DNA from: Candidatus Saccharimonadota bacterium
GTDB lineage: Bacteria > Patescibacteriota > Saccharimonadia > Saccharimonadales > UBA4665
NCBI GenBank assembly: GCA_037200465.1
Contig: JBBCFY010000001.1
Coordinates: 18,885-82,884, forward strand
Direction: 5' to 3'
DNA length: 64,000 nucleotides
Shown in pieces: positions 54,878-63,005 of the stretch. The stretch's first letter is position 1, and every line of letters starts with the position of its first letter. The position numbers and the translations under genes are program-made. A model generated the notes under the pieces. It was not told the DNA's origin, searched no databases, and was given only the letters and a program-made list of their open reading frames with translations.

Positions 54878-55476
54878 GGCTTGATGAACTCGTTGATTAC
54901 CAGGGTGAAGGCGATGAGATTGGTGCTGGTCGCATCAGGCTGGATGGTGATGCTGCTGACCTGTGCGGTGCGGCGGTTCTGTTCGAGCTTGCTCAGGAAA
55001 TCCGTGAACTCGCCGTAAGGAACGCGTGCCGTCTGGTCCTGGCTGACGGTGATGGGCAGCTCGTAGACGCCGGTTATGCCCGGGACGGGCGTGAGCTGGG
55101 TGAGATTGGGGTTGTTATTGGCGCCGGGCGTGACCGTACCGAGCGTGGAGGCGGGGAAGGTGATGGACGACAGTTTGGATATGCCGCTCGAGGCAGCCAG
55201 ATTGACGATTTCGCGGACTGCTTCGGCCTGGTCCTTATCCTGGGGTACGATGGTCTCGGCGATGGTGTTCAGCTCGCCGTATTTGGTAATGTCTTTCTTG
55301 TTTTTGGCCAGCGTCGCCTGGGTCGTATCCACGATATCACTGTCGGCGCGCAGCTTGGACAGCTTGGCCGCTTGCGTGCTCAGTATCTTGTTGGCGCCAT
55401 AGGCGATGCCGAACAGGCCCACCGCGAGCAGCGTGAACACGCCTATCAGCACGAAGTACAATTGCTTGGATTTCAT
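54874..55476 (-). CDS. pilO: type IV pilus assembly protein PilO-like
   Basis: N-terminal TM, coiled coil and a ferredoxin-like C-terminus. Operon position after pilN, with a 4-nt overlap. Confidence 0.6.
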   Translation of the reverse strand: MKSKQLYFVLIGVFTLLAVGLFGIAYGANKILSTQAAKLSKLRADSDIVDTTQATLAKNKKDITKYGELNTIAETIVPQDKDQAEAVREIVNLAASSGISKLSSITFPASTLGTVTPGANNNPNLTQLTPVPGITGVYELPITVSQDQTARVPYGEFTDFLSKLEQNRRTAQVSSITIQPDATSTNLIAFTLVINEFIKP

Positions 55477-56072
55477 GGGCTGCTCCCGTTGTTCGTGAAC
55501 AGGAAGGGATTATCGGTGGCGAACAGTGCGCGGATGTCGGCGGTGCAGGGGTACTGGCTATTGCCGGTGGTGCCGCTGTTCAGGCAGTTGATACTGACGA
55601 TATCCGCCTCGGTGAATATCTGGTTCTTGGGGTCGGCCAGGTTCACCTGCAGCTGGGTGGCAGCGTTATAGTTAGCGGTCTGGGCGGTGATCTCTACCCC
55701 GCCCTGGGCCTGGGTAATCACCAGGTTGGTCAGGATGACATCACTTGGCGTGACGCTGGCCAGTTGCTTAAGCAGCTTCGAGAACAGGATTTCCTTGGAC
55801 AGTACCTGGACGACCAGTTTCAAGTTGTTAGAGATGGTGGTGACCTGCTTTTGCACGCCGGCCAGGTTCTGCGACTTCAGCTGGCTGTTGCTGTCGGCGA
55901 TCTGCTGGGTGGTAGTGTTGATGGATTGGTTCAAGTACAAGTAGCCGCCGCCGAGCAGCAGTGCGCCGCCGGCCAGGCAGAACGCGGCCGAGATGATCCA
56001 CCGGACGAGCATCCGGTTGCGCCGGGCGTATTTATAAGCTTGCTTGGTGTCGGGCGGCAGCAGATTGATCAT
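55473..56072 (-). CDS. pilN: type IV pilus assembly protein PilN
   Basis: The hallmark N-terminus MINLLPPDTKQ..., a TM and a coiled coil. The track ORF (to 56450) has a spurious R/S/P-rich N-terminal extension. Confidence 0.8.
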   Translation of the reverse strand: MINLLPPDTKQAYKYARRNRMLVRWIISAAFCLAGGALLLGGGYLYLNQSINTTTQQIADSNSQLKSQNLAGVQKQVTTISNNLKLVVQVLSKEILFSKLLKQLASVTPSDVILTNLVITQAQGGVEITAQTANYNAATQLQVNLADPKNQIFTEADIVSINCLNSGTTGNSQYPCTADIRALFATDNPFLFTNNGSSP

Positions 56073-56121
56073 GAGGCTTCGCCTCCTGACAGCATATTGA
56101 CTATCGCAGTATGCGTAAGAA

Positions 56122-57150
56122 TCATGCGAAGACTTCCTCCGGATCGATGGCTGCCAGCCCGGCGGCTGTGACGTACGACATGCGTTCGGTGAGGTTGAAC
56201 GGCTGTAAACGCCCGAAATCGATGTAGGAAGTGGGGTCGATGGAGCGGACGGCAAGGCGTAGGTTGCTAGTGAGGTATTCCGCCAGGCCCGGCATGTTGG
56301 CGCCGCCGCCGGCGATGGCAGCCTGCGATATCTTGCGGTTATCGGGCGCGTGTTCTTCGTAGTAACGGACGGTGCGCTTGATTTCCTTGAGGAGCAGACT
56401 GAGCAGCGGGTCGAGCGCCTTGGCGATCTGGGCCTGTTTCTTGCTGGCATTCAGGCCGTATTTGGCCTTGATGAGAGCCGCTTCCTTATCGGTGACGCCC
56501 AGCTCGCGGGCGATGGCGGCCGTGAACAGCTCACTGCCGCAGGCTACCGTGCCACTGACCACCGGACCGTTGTCGTAGACGGTGATGTCGGCACTGTCAC
56601 TGCCGAAATCGATCAGCAGCGAGGCGACGTCGCTCTGCGTATCGCGGGCGAACAGATGTGCGCCGGCACCGCTGGAAGTCTGCAGTATGACGGCTTCGAG
56701 GCCCAGCAGGCGGGCCAGCGTGATGTAGGAGTCGACGATACGTTTGGGCATGGCCACGATGAATACGCTGGTCTTGTCGCTGCCGGTGCCGACCCGGGTG
56801 TAATCGACGTACAGGTCCTCGAGCGCGGCCGGGATGTATTGCTCCGCTTCGTTTTGGACCGCTTCGGCCAGATCCTTGTCGTTCAGCGACGGTACCGCGA
56901 GCGAGCGCGTAAATGCCCGGGCCATGGGCAGCGACAGCGCGACACGTTTGGTGGTGATATCACCGACCAGATGGTGTTTGAACAGCTCCTGTACGGCGGC
57001 CGCCAAGACTTCGGGTTTTTCTATGACGCCGTCGACGACCGCGCCCGGATCGAAAGTGGTTTCGCCGTAACCGACAAGTTTGAGGCTGTGTTTGACAGGC
57101 CGGAGCTGCAGGACACGGATCTTGCCGTGGCCGATATCGAGCCCGAACAT
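56122..57150 (-). CDS. pilM: type IV pilus assembly ATPase-fold protein PilM
   Basis: MFGLDIGHGKIRVLQL... and an actin-like fold throughout. gagga lies 7 nt upstream of ATG 57150. An alternative ATG at 57186 lies inside element B. Confidence 0.85.
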   Translation of the reverse strand: MFGLDIGHGKIRVLQLRPVKHSLKLVGYGETTFDPGAVVDGVIEKPEVLAAAVQELFKHHLVGDITTKRVALSLPMARAFTRSLAVPSLNDKDLAEAVQNEAEQYIPAALEDLYVDYTRVGTGSDKTSVFIVAMPKRIVDSYITLARLLGLEAVILQTSSGAGAHLFARDTQSDVASLLIDFGSDSADITVYDNGPVVSGTVACGSELFTAAIARELGVTDKEAALIKAKYGLNASKKQAQIAKALDPLLSLLLKEIKRTVRYYEEHAPDNRKISQAAIAGGGANMPGLAEYLTSNLRLAVRSIDPTSYIDFGRLQPFNLTERMSYVTAAGLAAIDPEEVFA

Positions 57151-57176
57151 AGGCTTATCCTCAAAAAACAGTATAG

Positions 57177-57343
57177 GAGAACTCATCTCACACTTCCCAT
57201 CCAGCTTCACGCCGTGCCGAGGGCACTGCACCGCAGTTTTGTTCGTCAGCGTACCCAAGAGTACGCTTCCTCGCAAGAACTACGCCGCAGCACTCCTCGG
57301 CACGGCCTTCACTTAACAGATGTGAAGTATGAAATGAGTTCTT
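57177..57343. repeat. about 167-nt imperfect palindromic element B, related to element A, in the pilM leader
   Basis: Outer arms are 57179-57196 and 57324-57341 (16/18, both mismatches G-U on the minus strand). Inner arms ccgtgccgagg/cctcggcacgg are perfect (57212-22 and 57295-305). The apical hairpin is agcgtac-ccaaga-gtacgct (57248-67). Confidence 0.7.
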
Positions 57344-57437
57344 CGGTTGCGTCACGTGGTGCCCATCTTAAGCATAACTAGTATCTTGTGAATATAATAG
57401 CACGACTGGGGGTCCGGAAGCCACGAAATGCCTCCCT

Positions 57438-57463
57438 CAGTATACCGCTTATGCGGTATACTG
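57438..57463. promoter_or_regulatory. perfect 11-bp-arm palindrome 6 nt upstream of the pilin-like operon start codon
   Basis: cagtataccgc-ttat-gcggtatactg. TATAAT at 57393-98 lies upstream, so the palindrome would be in the 5' UTR or act as an operator. Confidence 0.45.
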
Positions 57464-57469
57464 TAGCTA

Positions 57470-59074
57470 ATGTACGGACAGAGGGCGGGCCAGTCTGAGA
57501 CACGGGTTCGGAGGGTTGCTGATGCGGCCGGATTCACGCTGATCGAGCTGGTGGTGAGCATGGTGGTGATATCCATCTTGGTAGTCAGCTTGTTCGGACT
57601 GTTCATCACCCTGGTGCATAGCGCCACCATCGCGAAGCAGCGGGCCGTGGCGCTCACCCTAGCCAACAATCAGATGGAGTATCTGAAATCGCTGCCCTAT
57701 GACAGCCTGATCGTCATCGGCGGCTCGATCGTCGGTACCGGTGTGGTGCAGCCGTCGGTGACGCAGACGGTCAACAATGCGAAATACACGGTGAAGACCG
57801 GCATCACCTATGTAGACGATGCCTATGATAACTGCGGCAACATCTACAGCACTGCCGCTCAGAAGGTTCAATATTGCCGCGGCGCTACGACTGCGACGCC
57901 GACGACCGATACCAACCCGGATGATTACAAAGATGCCAATGTCAGCGTCTATAACGCCGGGGGCACTAAGCTGGCGAATGTCGATACACAGATAGCCGCG
58001 CGCGTCTCCGAAACGGCCAGCAACACCGGCGCGTTCGTTATAACGGTGGTAGACGGCACCGGGACACCGATTTCCGGAGCGACGGTAACGGTCGTGAACA
58101 ATGTCGTCAACCCGCATGTCAACGCTTCGGATACGACCGACGAAAACGGCATCGCCATCATCTACGCCGCTACGCCGGACGCCAATAACGACTATGTGAT
58201 TACTGCCAGCATGAGCGGGTATTCCACCTTAAGTACTATCGCCGTCTCGGGTTCGCTGCAGCCGACCTATCCGAACCAGAAGGTCATCGCCCAGCAAGCC
58301 TCGAATCTGACCATGAAACTGTACCCGATGGTTGCGAACAGTCTGGTGGTGCAGACGACGGACACGGCAGGCAATCCGCTCGCCAATGTCAAGGTCTATG
58401 CCAAGGGCGGTTACAAGAAATTTACGTCGCTCACGGACTATGGTTACTACTACGATAATTACTATTCGAACTACAATAGCGGCACCGTCAGCGACAACCG
58501 GTTGGCGACCGATTCGGGCGGCCTGGGTGCGCTATCGAATCTGGTCCCGGCGAACAGTTACATATTTTGTAATAGCGATAATACGGCTTCCGCGAACACC
58601 AATTGTGCCATCGGATCCACCAAGTACTATTTGGCAGCGGCCGTTCCCTACGGCGGTGTCAATTCGCTGCAGCCGATTACCGTACCCATCAATGACCCGA
58701 CCAATCCGCCAAGCGCGGCCTATACCTATGGCGGCAACCAGTATGTCCAAAAAGTCCAGTTGATGCTGACCACCAGTTCTACTTTCCCGCGCGTCTACAC
58801 CATCAATCCCTACCAGCTCAGTCTGAGCGGCGGCGGCCTGGGCAGCGTGCTGATAACGCTCACCGGCTACAACCTGAGCTCTGCCACTGCTAAGCTGACA
58901 GAGGGAAGCAATACCTATACCGGAACCGGCTGCAGCAGCACTACCACCCAGCTCAAGTGTAGCTTCAATTTGTCGTCCATCGCTGTCGGCACCGCCCAGT
59001 TGGCCGTAACGAACAGTGCCGGAACGCTCACGCTGCCGACGACGCCGCAAGGAGGCCTCAATGTCGTTCCATAA
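57470..59074 (+). CDS. large prepilin-type protein (type IV pilin-like adhesin, 534 aa)
   Basis: Prepilin cleavage/methylation motif AAGFTLIELVVSMVVISIL, a CarboxypepD_reg-like segment (VVDGTGTPISGATVTVVN), and a C-terminal IPT/TIG-like domain. Confidence 0.8.
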   Translation: MYGQRAGQSETRVRRVADAAGFTLIELVVSMVVISILVVSLFGLFITLVHSATIAKQRAVALTLANNQMEYLKSLPYDSLIVIGGSIVGTGVVQPSVTQTVNNAKYTVKTGITYVDDAYDNCGNIYSTAAQKVQYCRGATTATPTTDTNPDDYKDANVSVYNAGGTKLANVDTQIAARVSETASNTGAFVITVVDGTGTPISGATVTVVNNVVNPHVNASDTTDENGIAIIYAATPDANNDYVITASMSGYSTLSTIAVSGSLQPTYPNQKVIAQQASNLTMKLYPMVANSLVVQTTDTAGNPLANVKVYAKGGYKKFTSLTDYGYYYDNYYSNYNSGTVSDNRLATDSGGLGALSNLVPANSYIFCNSDNTASANTNCAIGSTKYYLAAAVPYGGVNSLQPITVPINDPTNPPSAAYTYGGNQYVQKVQLMLTTSSTFPRVYTINPYQLSLSGGGLGSVLITLTGYNLSSATAKLTEGSNTYTGTGCSSTTTQLKCSFNLSSIAVGTAQLAVTNSAGTLTLPTTPQGGLNVVP

Positions 59075-59648
59075 GCAGTCGCAGGATGGTTTCAGCGTGA
59101 TTGAGCTGATGATCGCCTTGGCCCTGGCGGTGCTTATCAGCATCATGTTCTTCACGCTGTTCAAAACCAGTTTCTTGCAGTATCTGAATATCCAGCAAGA
59201 CGCCAGCACCGCCACGACGCTGGCTGGCCAGGAATCACGGGTGTCCACGGTGCTGCGCGGCGCTACCAGCGTGGTGTCTGCTTCGGATAATGATCTGGTG
59301 ATTTATTCATATTTTTACCCGAGCGATACGTATGTGTCGCTGCTGCACTACTATGTTTCTAGCGGTCAGCTGCTGGCCGACCTGACACCCATGAGCGCCA
59401 ACCCGCCGACCGGTACACCGCTTACTGCCAATCTGCGCACCTACACCATCATCCCGAATTTCTACCAAGCTGCCGGTACGCCGACGTTCGTGTATCTGGA
59501 CAGCAGTAACGCCGCCCTTCCGACACCGGTGACGGACCTGAACGCCATCAAGGCCATCCAAGTGAACCTGGCTGCTAAAGCGTCGAACGGCGGTAACCAG
59601 TCGATGACCCTGCAAGTGTCCCTAAGGAACTTCAAGACGAACTTATGA
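59061..59648 (+). CDS. prepilin-type minor pilin (195 aa)
   Basis: SD aaggagg. MSFHKQSQDGFSVIELMIALALAVLI (G/F cleavage motif). 14-nt overlap with the upstream gene. Confidence 0.8.
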   Translation: MSFHKQSQDGFSVIELMIALALAVLISIMFFTLFKTSFLQYLNIQQDASTATTLAGQESRVSTVLRGATSVVSASDNDLVIYSYFYPSDTYVSLLHYYVSSGQLLADLTPMSANPPTGTPLTANLRTYTIIPNFYQAAGTPTFVYLDSSNAALPTPVTDLNAIKAIQVNLAAKASNGGNQSMTLQVSLRNFKTNL

Positions 59649-61234
59649 TACGCAACCTTATGAAACGGATTCGGGAAGACGAAACGGGCTTCGTACTGCC
59701 CGGGCTGATCGCTTTCATGCTGGCCATGTCCATCATCGGCACAGCGACCATCACTATCATCTTGACCAACTTTGAAGTGGTGGGTAACAACGTTCGCAGC
59801 CAGCAAGCCTTCAATATCGCCGAGGCCGGCGTCAACTACTATCTATGGCATCTGAGCCACAATGCCGGTGACTACAAAGACGGGCAGAGTACGCCCACCA
59901 CGCCCGATCCGACGCTGGGCTACGGGCCGTACGTGCATAATTATGTCGATAATAACGATGCTACCACTGGCACGTACACGCTGTGGATCAAGCCTCAGGG
60001 CAGCGGGAGCACGCTGGTGACGGTACGCTCTATCGGCAAGGTCAATGGTACCACGGCTACCAGGACGGTGCAGGCGCAGGTCGGCGCGGCCTCGTTTGCC
60101 AGCTATGGCCTACTTGGGAATACTGAGTTCTGGTTCGGCTCCGATGAGACCGCCAACGGGCCGGTGTTCAGCAACGTGGGCGTGCACATGGATGGTACGA
60201 ACACCGACACGGTGGCGTCCGCCAACGCCACCTATACGCCGCAGAGCCAGTACGGCGGCGACGGCAATAGCCATCCGGGTGTTTGGTGCAGCACTACCGT
60301 CACGAGTCCGAATTGCAACACGCGCAACAAAACCAGCTGGCTGTACCCGAAGACCAGCGTTGACTTCAACCAGGTCAGTACCAGCTTGTGTACCATGAAG
60401 AAGACCGCGTTCGGTGACTACAGCACCACGAGCTCGTTGGCCAGCCAGAGCAACGCCTGCAGCCAGGTGCCCTCCACCCGCACGAACGCCTATATACCCG
60501 AAACCAGTACCGGTTTCAGCTCGACCACGGGCTATCTGATCCAGCTCAATACGAACGGCACCTATAATTTGTCTAAGGTCACGGGCGAGAACGACAAGGC
60601 TGCCAGCTATTCGAGCGCGCTCACGACCACATCGATCGCTACCAACATCGCGCTGCCCCCTTCCGGCGTGATATTCGTGGAGGATAACGTGTGGGTGCGT
60701 ACCAACCCGACCTTCCATGGCCGGGTGACCATTGCCTCCGGCCGCCTGGCGTCCAGCAGCCAGACCACGGACATAACCATCGCCGACCAGTTGCTCTATA
60801 CGCTCAAGGACGGCAGTGACGCCATCGGCTTAGTTTCTGAAGGTGATGTCGACCTGGCCCCGTACGCGCCTAGCAGTGCCAGCGGCAGCTTTAACTTTGA
60901 AGTCGACGCGGCAGCACTGGCCCAGACAGGCTCAGTCACCTGGCCGCTTTACTACGCCGGGACCAATACCTGTACCAAGGGCTGGGTCAACAGTACGCAG
61001 AAGCTTATTTTCTACGGCTCGGTGGCGAGCGACCTGGACTGGACGTGGAACTACCAGAGCAGCGGCTCGTGCGGCAATGCCGTCAAAGATACCTCCAGCG
61101 GCTACTATATATCGGGCATAGAGCACACCGAGACCGATTACGATTACAATATGCTTTATTCGCCGCCGCCCAGCTACCCTGTTACCGGTACCTACAACAT
61201 CCTGAACTGGCGCGAAGTCCTGCTGAAACCTTAG
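59645..61234 (+). CDS. PilX-like pilus-associated protein (529 aa)
   Basis: Hydrophobic N-terminus GFVLPGLIAFMLAMSIIGTATITIIL and QQAFNIAEAGVNYYLWHL, typical of PilX_N. The C-terminal region is large and beta-rich. Confidence 0.65.
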   Translation: MIRNLMKRIREDETGFVLPGLIAFMLAMSIIGTATITIILTNFEVVGNNVRSQQAFNIAEAGVNYYLWHLSHNAGDYKDGQSTPTTPDPTLGYGPYVHNYVDNNDATTGTYTLWIKPQGSGSTLVTVRSIGKVNGTTATRTVQAQVGAASFASYGLLGNTEFWFGSDETANGPVFSNVGVHMDGTNTDTVASANATYTPQSQYGGDGNSHPGVWCSTTVTSPNCNTRNKTSWLYPKTSVDFNQVSTSLCTMKKTAFGDYSTTSSLASQSNACSQVPSTRTNAYIPETSTGFSSTTGYLIQLNTNGTYNLSKVTGENDKAASYSSALTTTSIATNIALPPSGVIFVEDNVWVRTNPTFHGRVTIASGRLASSSQTTDITIADQLLYTLKDGSDAIGLVSEGDVDLAPYAPSSASGSFNFEVDAAALAQTGSVTWPLYYAGTNTCTKGWVNSTQKLIFYGSVASDLDWTWNYQSSGSCGNAVKDTSSGYYISGIEHTETDYDYNMLYSPPPSYPVTGTYNILNWREVLLKP

Positions 61235-61273
61235 TCTGCTAGAGTCGCAGTGGTTTTTGGTATAGTAGAGCAT

Positions 61274-61783
61274 ATGCCGACCAGGGAATTCTTGTGTAAC
61301 TCACACAATGGTAAACAAGTTTACTATGACCCGGTTCATTCTAATGCCGCCACTCATTTCTCTGACACGCCCCAGCTAAAAGCACTAGTCATCGAAGTTT
61401 TAGAGAACAGAGATATAACTCGTGACACCCTTCAGTTTGATCTGGATATGGGCAGGATCATCGGGACAACCGATGTGGTAGAGACCGATAAAACGGACGA
61501 TATCGTGTATGTGCTGCGTAAGAACCGGAAGAAGCAAGGATATGTTCCGTTTACTAAATCAAGAGGGGCCGAGGAGAGCTCGTATATCTCCATTTCTTTG
61601 GTGGATGAGTACGGTGGAACCTACAGCCTATCCAGTGCGTGGATCGGCGCTTGGGATGACCCGCCATTTCCCCAGGAGCCGCATGCGACTTCCGACAGCA
61701 AGACCTATTGGGGCAAGCATGCCTTTGTCTGGGGTAGTCAGGAAATAATAGCTGGCACCGAGACTACCAAGCAGCCATGGTAA
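61274..61783 (+). CDS. hypothetical protein (169 aa)
   Basis: ORF from ATG 61274, with TATAGT 7 nt upstream. Lower GC. No motif. Confidence 0.5.
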   Translation: MPTREFLCNSHNGKQVYYDPVHSNAATHFSDTPQLKALVIEVLENRDITRDTLQFDLDMGRIIGTTDVVETDKTDDIVYVLRKNRKKQGYVPFTKSRGAEESSYISISLVDEYGGTYSLSSAWIGAWDDPPFPQEPHATSDSKTYWGKHAFVWGSQEIIAGTETTKQPW

Positions 61784-61808
61784 TCATGTAGGGACTCTGT
61801 GCAAACAA

Positions 61809-61838
61809 AAAGCCGGAGCGTCTGAAGGTTCCGGCTTT
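61809..61838. terminator. bidirectional terminator between convergent genes
   Basis: aaagccgga-N12-tccggcttt, with a flanking A-run and T-run. Confidence 0.65.
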
Positions 61839-61853
61839 TAGTAGGACCAGAAA

Positions 61854-62315
61854 CTAGTTATTACTGATCTTGTCGATGACACTGCCGTCCGATTCCAGCT
61901 TGGCATAGATGCCGTAGTCGGTACAGGGGTTGGCGCTGCCGGCGCTGTCGTCACAACCGGCCGGGATTACATTGTAAGCGTACTGCGTGTGCGTAGGCGT
62001 GGTGCCGGCTATCACGGTCGTGGCGCTGTTTGTGGGATCTTGCAGCGCGCCGGCGTCAAAGCCCTTCATGTTGGCGGTGCGCCAGGTAGCGTCATTCAGG
62101 TGGACCAGGGTAGGGTAAGTATTGTTGCTGCCGTAGTATGATTCAAGCTCGGCCTGGATGGCAGCGACGTCCGTTTTGCGCTTGCTGTCGCGAGCCTTCT
62201 GCTGGATGCCCGTGAATGTCACGATGACTAGTGTTGCCAGGATGCCGATCACGACGATGACGATCAGCAGTTCGACGATCGTGAAGCCTCTGGATCCGTT
62301 TCTTGCTGAAGTCAT
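61854..62315 (-). CDS. type IV major pilin (153 aa)
   Basis: MTSARNGSRGFTIVELLIVIVVIGILATLVIV... is the class III signal with G/F cleavage and Glu5. Confidence 0.9.
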   Translation of the reverse strand: MTSARNGSRGFTIVELLIVIVVIGILATLVIVTFTGIQQKARDSKRKTDVAAIQAELESYYGSNNTYPTLVHLNDATWRTANMKGFDAGALQDPTNSATTVIAGTTPTHTQYAYNVIPAGCDDSAGSANPCTDYGIYAKLESDGSVIDKISNN

Positions 62316-62347
62316 ATAACCTTCTTAAGCTTTATGGTCAGGTATAC

Positions 62348-62380
62348 AAAAAGCACCGTGATTGCTCATCGGTGCTTTTT
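62348..62380 (-). terminator. rho-independent terminator after the upstream pilin gene
   Basis: aaaaagcaccg-N11-cggtgcttttt. Confidence 0.75.
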
Positions 62381-62395
62381 GCGGTGTCTTTGTTC

Positions 62396-62857
62396 CTAGT
62401 TGTTGCTGACTTTGCTGATGATGCTGCCGTCTGCTTCAAGCTTGGCATAGATGCCGTAGTTGGTGCAGGGGTTGGTCGCACCTGCGGTGTCGACACAGCC
62501 CGTAGGTGTTACATCGTATGAGTACTGCGTTCCGCTTGGGGTCTGACCGGCGAGAAGAGTCGGTGAGTTACCCTTAGGGTCCTGCAACGCGTTCGGGTCG
62601 AAGCCCTTCATGTTCGTACTACGCCAAGTGTCACTGTTTAAATCAGTTAAGGTTGGGTAGGTGTTGTTGCTAGAGTAGTAAGACTCAAGTGATGCCTGTA
62701 TGGCACCGATGTCCGTTTTGCGTTTGCTGTCGCGAGCTTTTTGTTGAATGCCGGTGAAGGTTACGATGACCAATGTGGCCAAGATGCCGATAACGACGAT
62801 GACGATCAAAAGTTCAACGATTGTGAAACCTTTTGATTTATTTTTCAGTGAAACCAT
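62396..62857 (-). CDS. type IV major pilin, tandem paralog (153 aa)
   Basis: MVSLKNKSKGFTIVELLIVIVVIGILATLVIV.... SD aggagggtg. Confidence 0.9.
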   Translation of the reverse strand: MVSLKNKSKGFTIVELLIVIVVIGILATLVIVTFTGIQQKARDSKRKTDIGAIQASLESYYSSNNTYPTLTDLNSDTWRSTNMKGFDPNALQDPKGNSPTLLAGQTPSGTQYSYDVTPTGCVDTAGATNPCTNYGIYAKLEADGSIISKVSNN

Positions 62858-62923
62858 GGGGGCCCACCCTCCTATAGTAATTTTAATAGTTTTACTTCGG
62901 GGATTACCCGTAGCCTAGTGCAC

Positions 62924-62951
62924 ATTATAACCATAAGCGGAGCTTCGTCAA
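62924..62951 (-). promoter_or_regulatory. near-consensus sigma-70 promoter for the pilin genes
   Basis: On the minus strand: TTGACG, 16 nt, TATAAT, about 66 nt upstream of ATG 62857. Confidence 0.6.
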
Positions 62952-63005
62952 GCAGATTCTAAGTGTATAACTCTAGTGGTCTGTCTGGCGGCAGGAGGCC
63001 GTAAT

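Noticed and set aside
56073-56450. N-terminal 126-residue extension of the pilN ORF, and the 30-42-residue extension of pilM up to 57276.
   Set aside because: The extensions are R/S/P-rich, overlap the upstream gene or the palindromic element, and precede canonical N-termini (MINLLPP..., MFGLDIG...) that have better start contexts.
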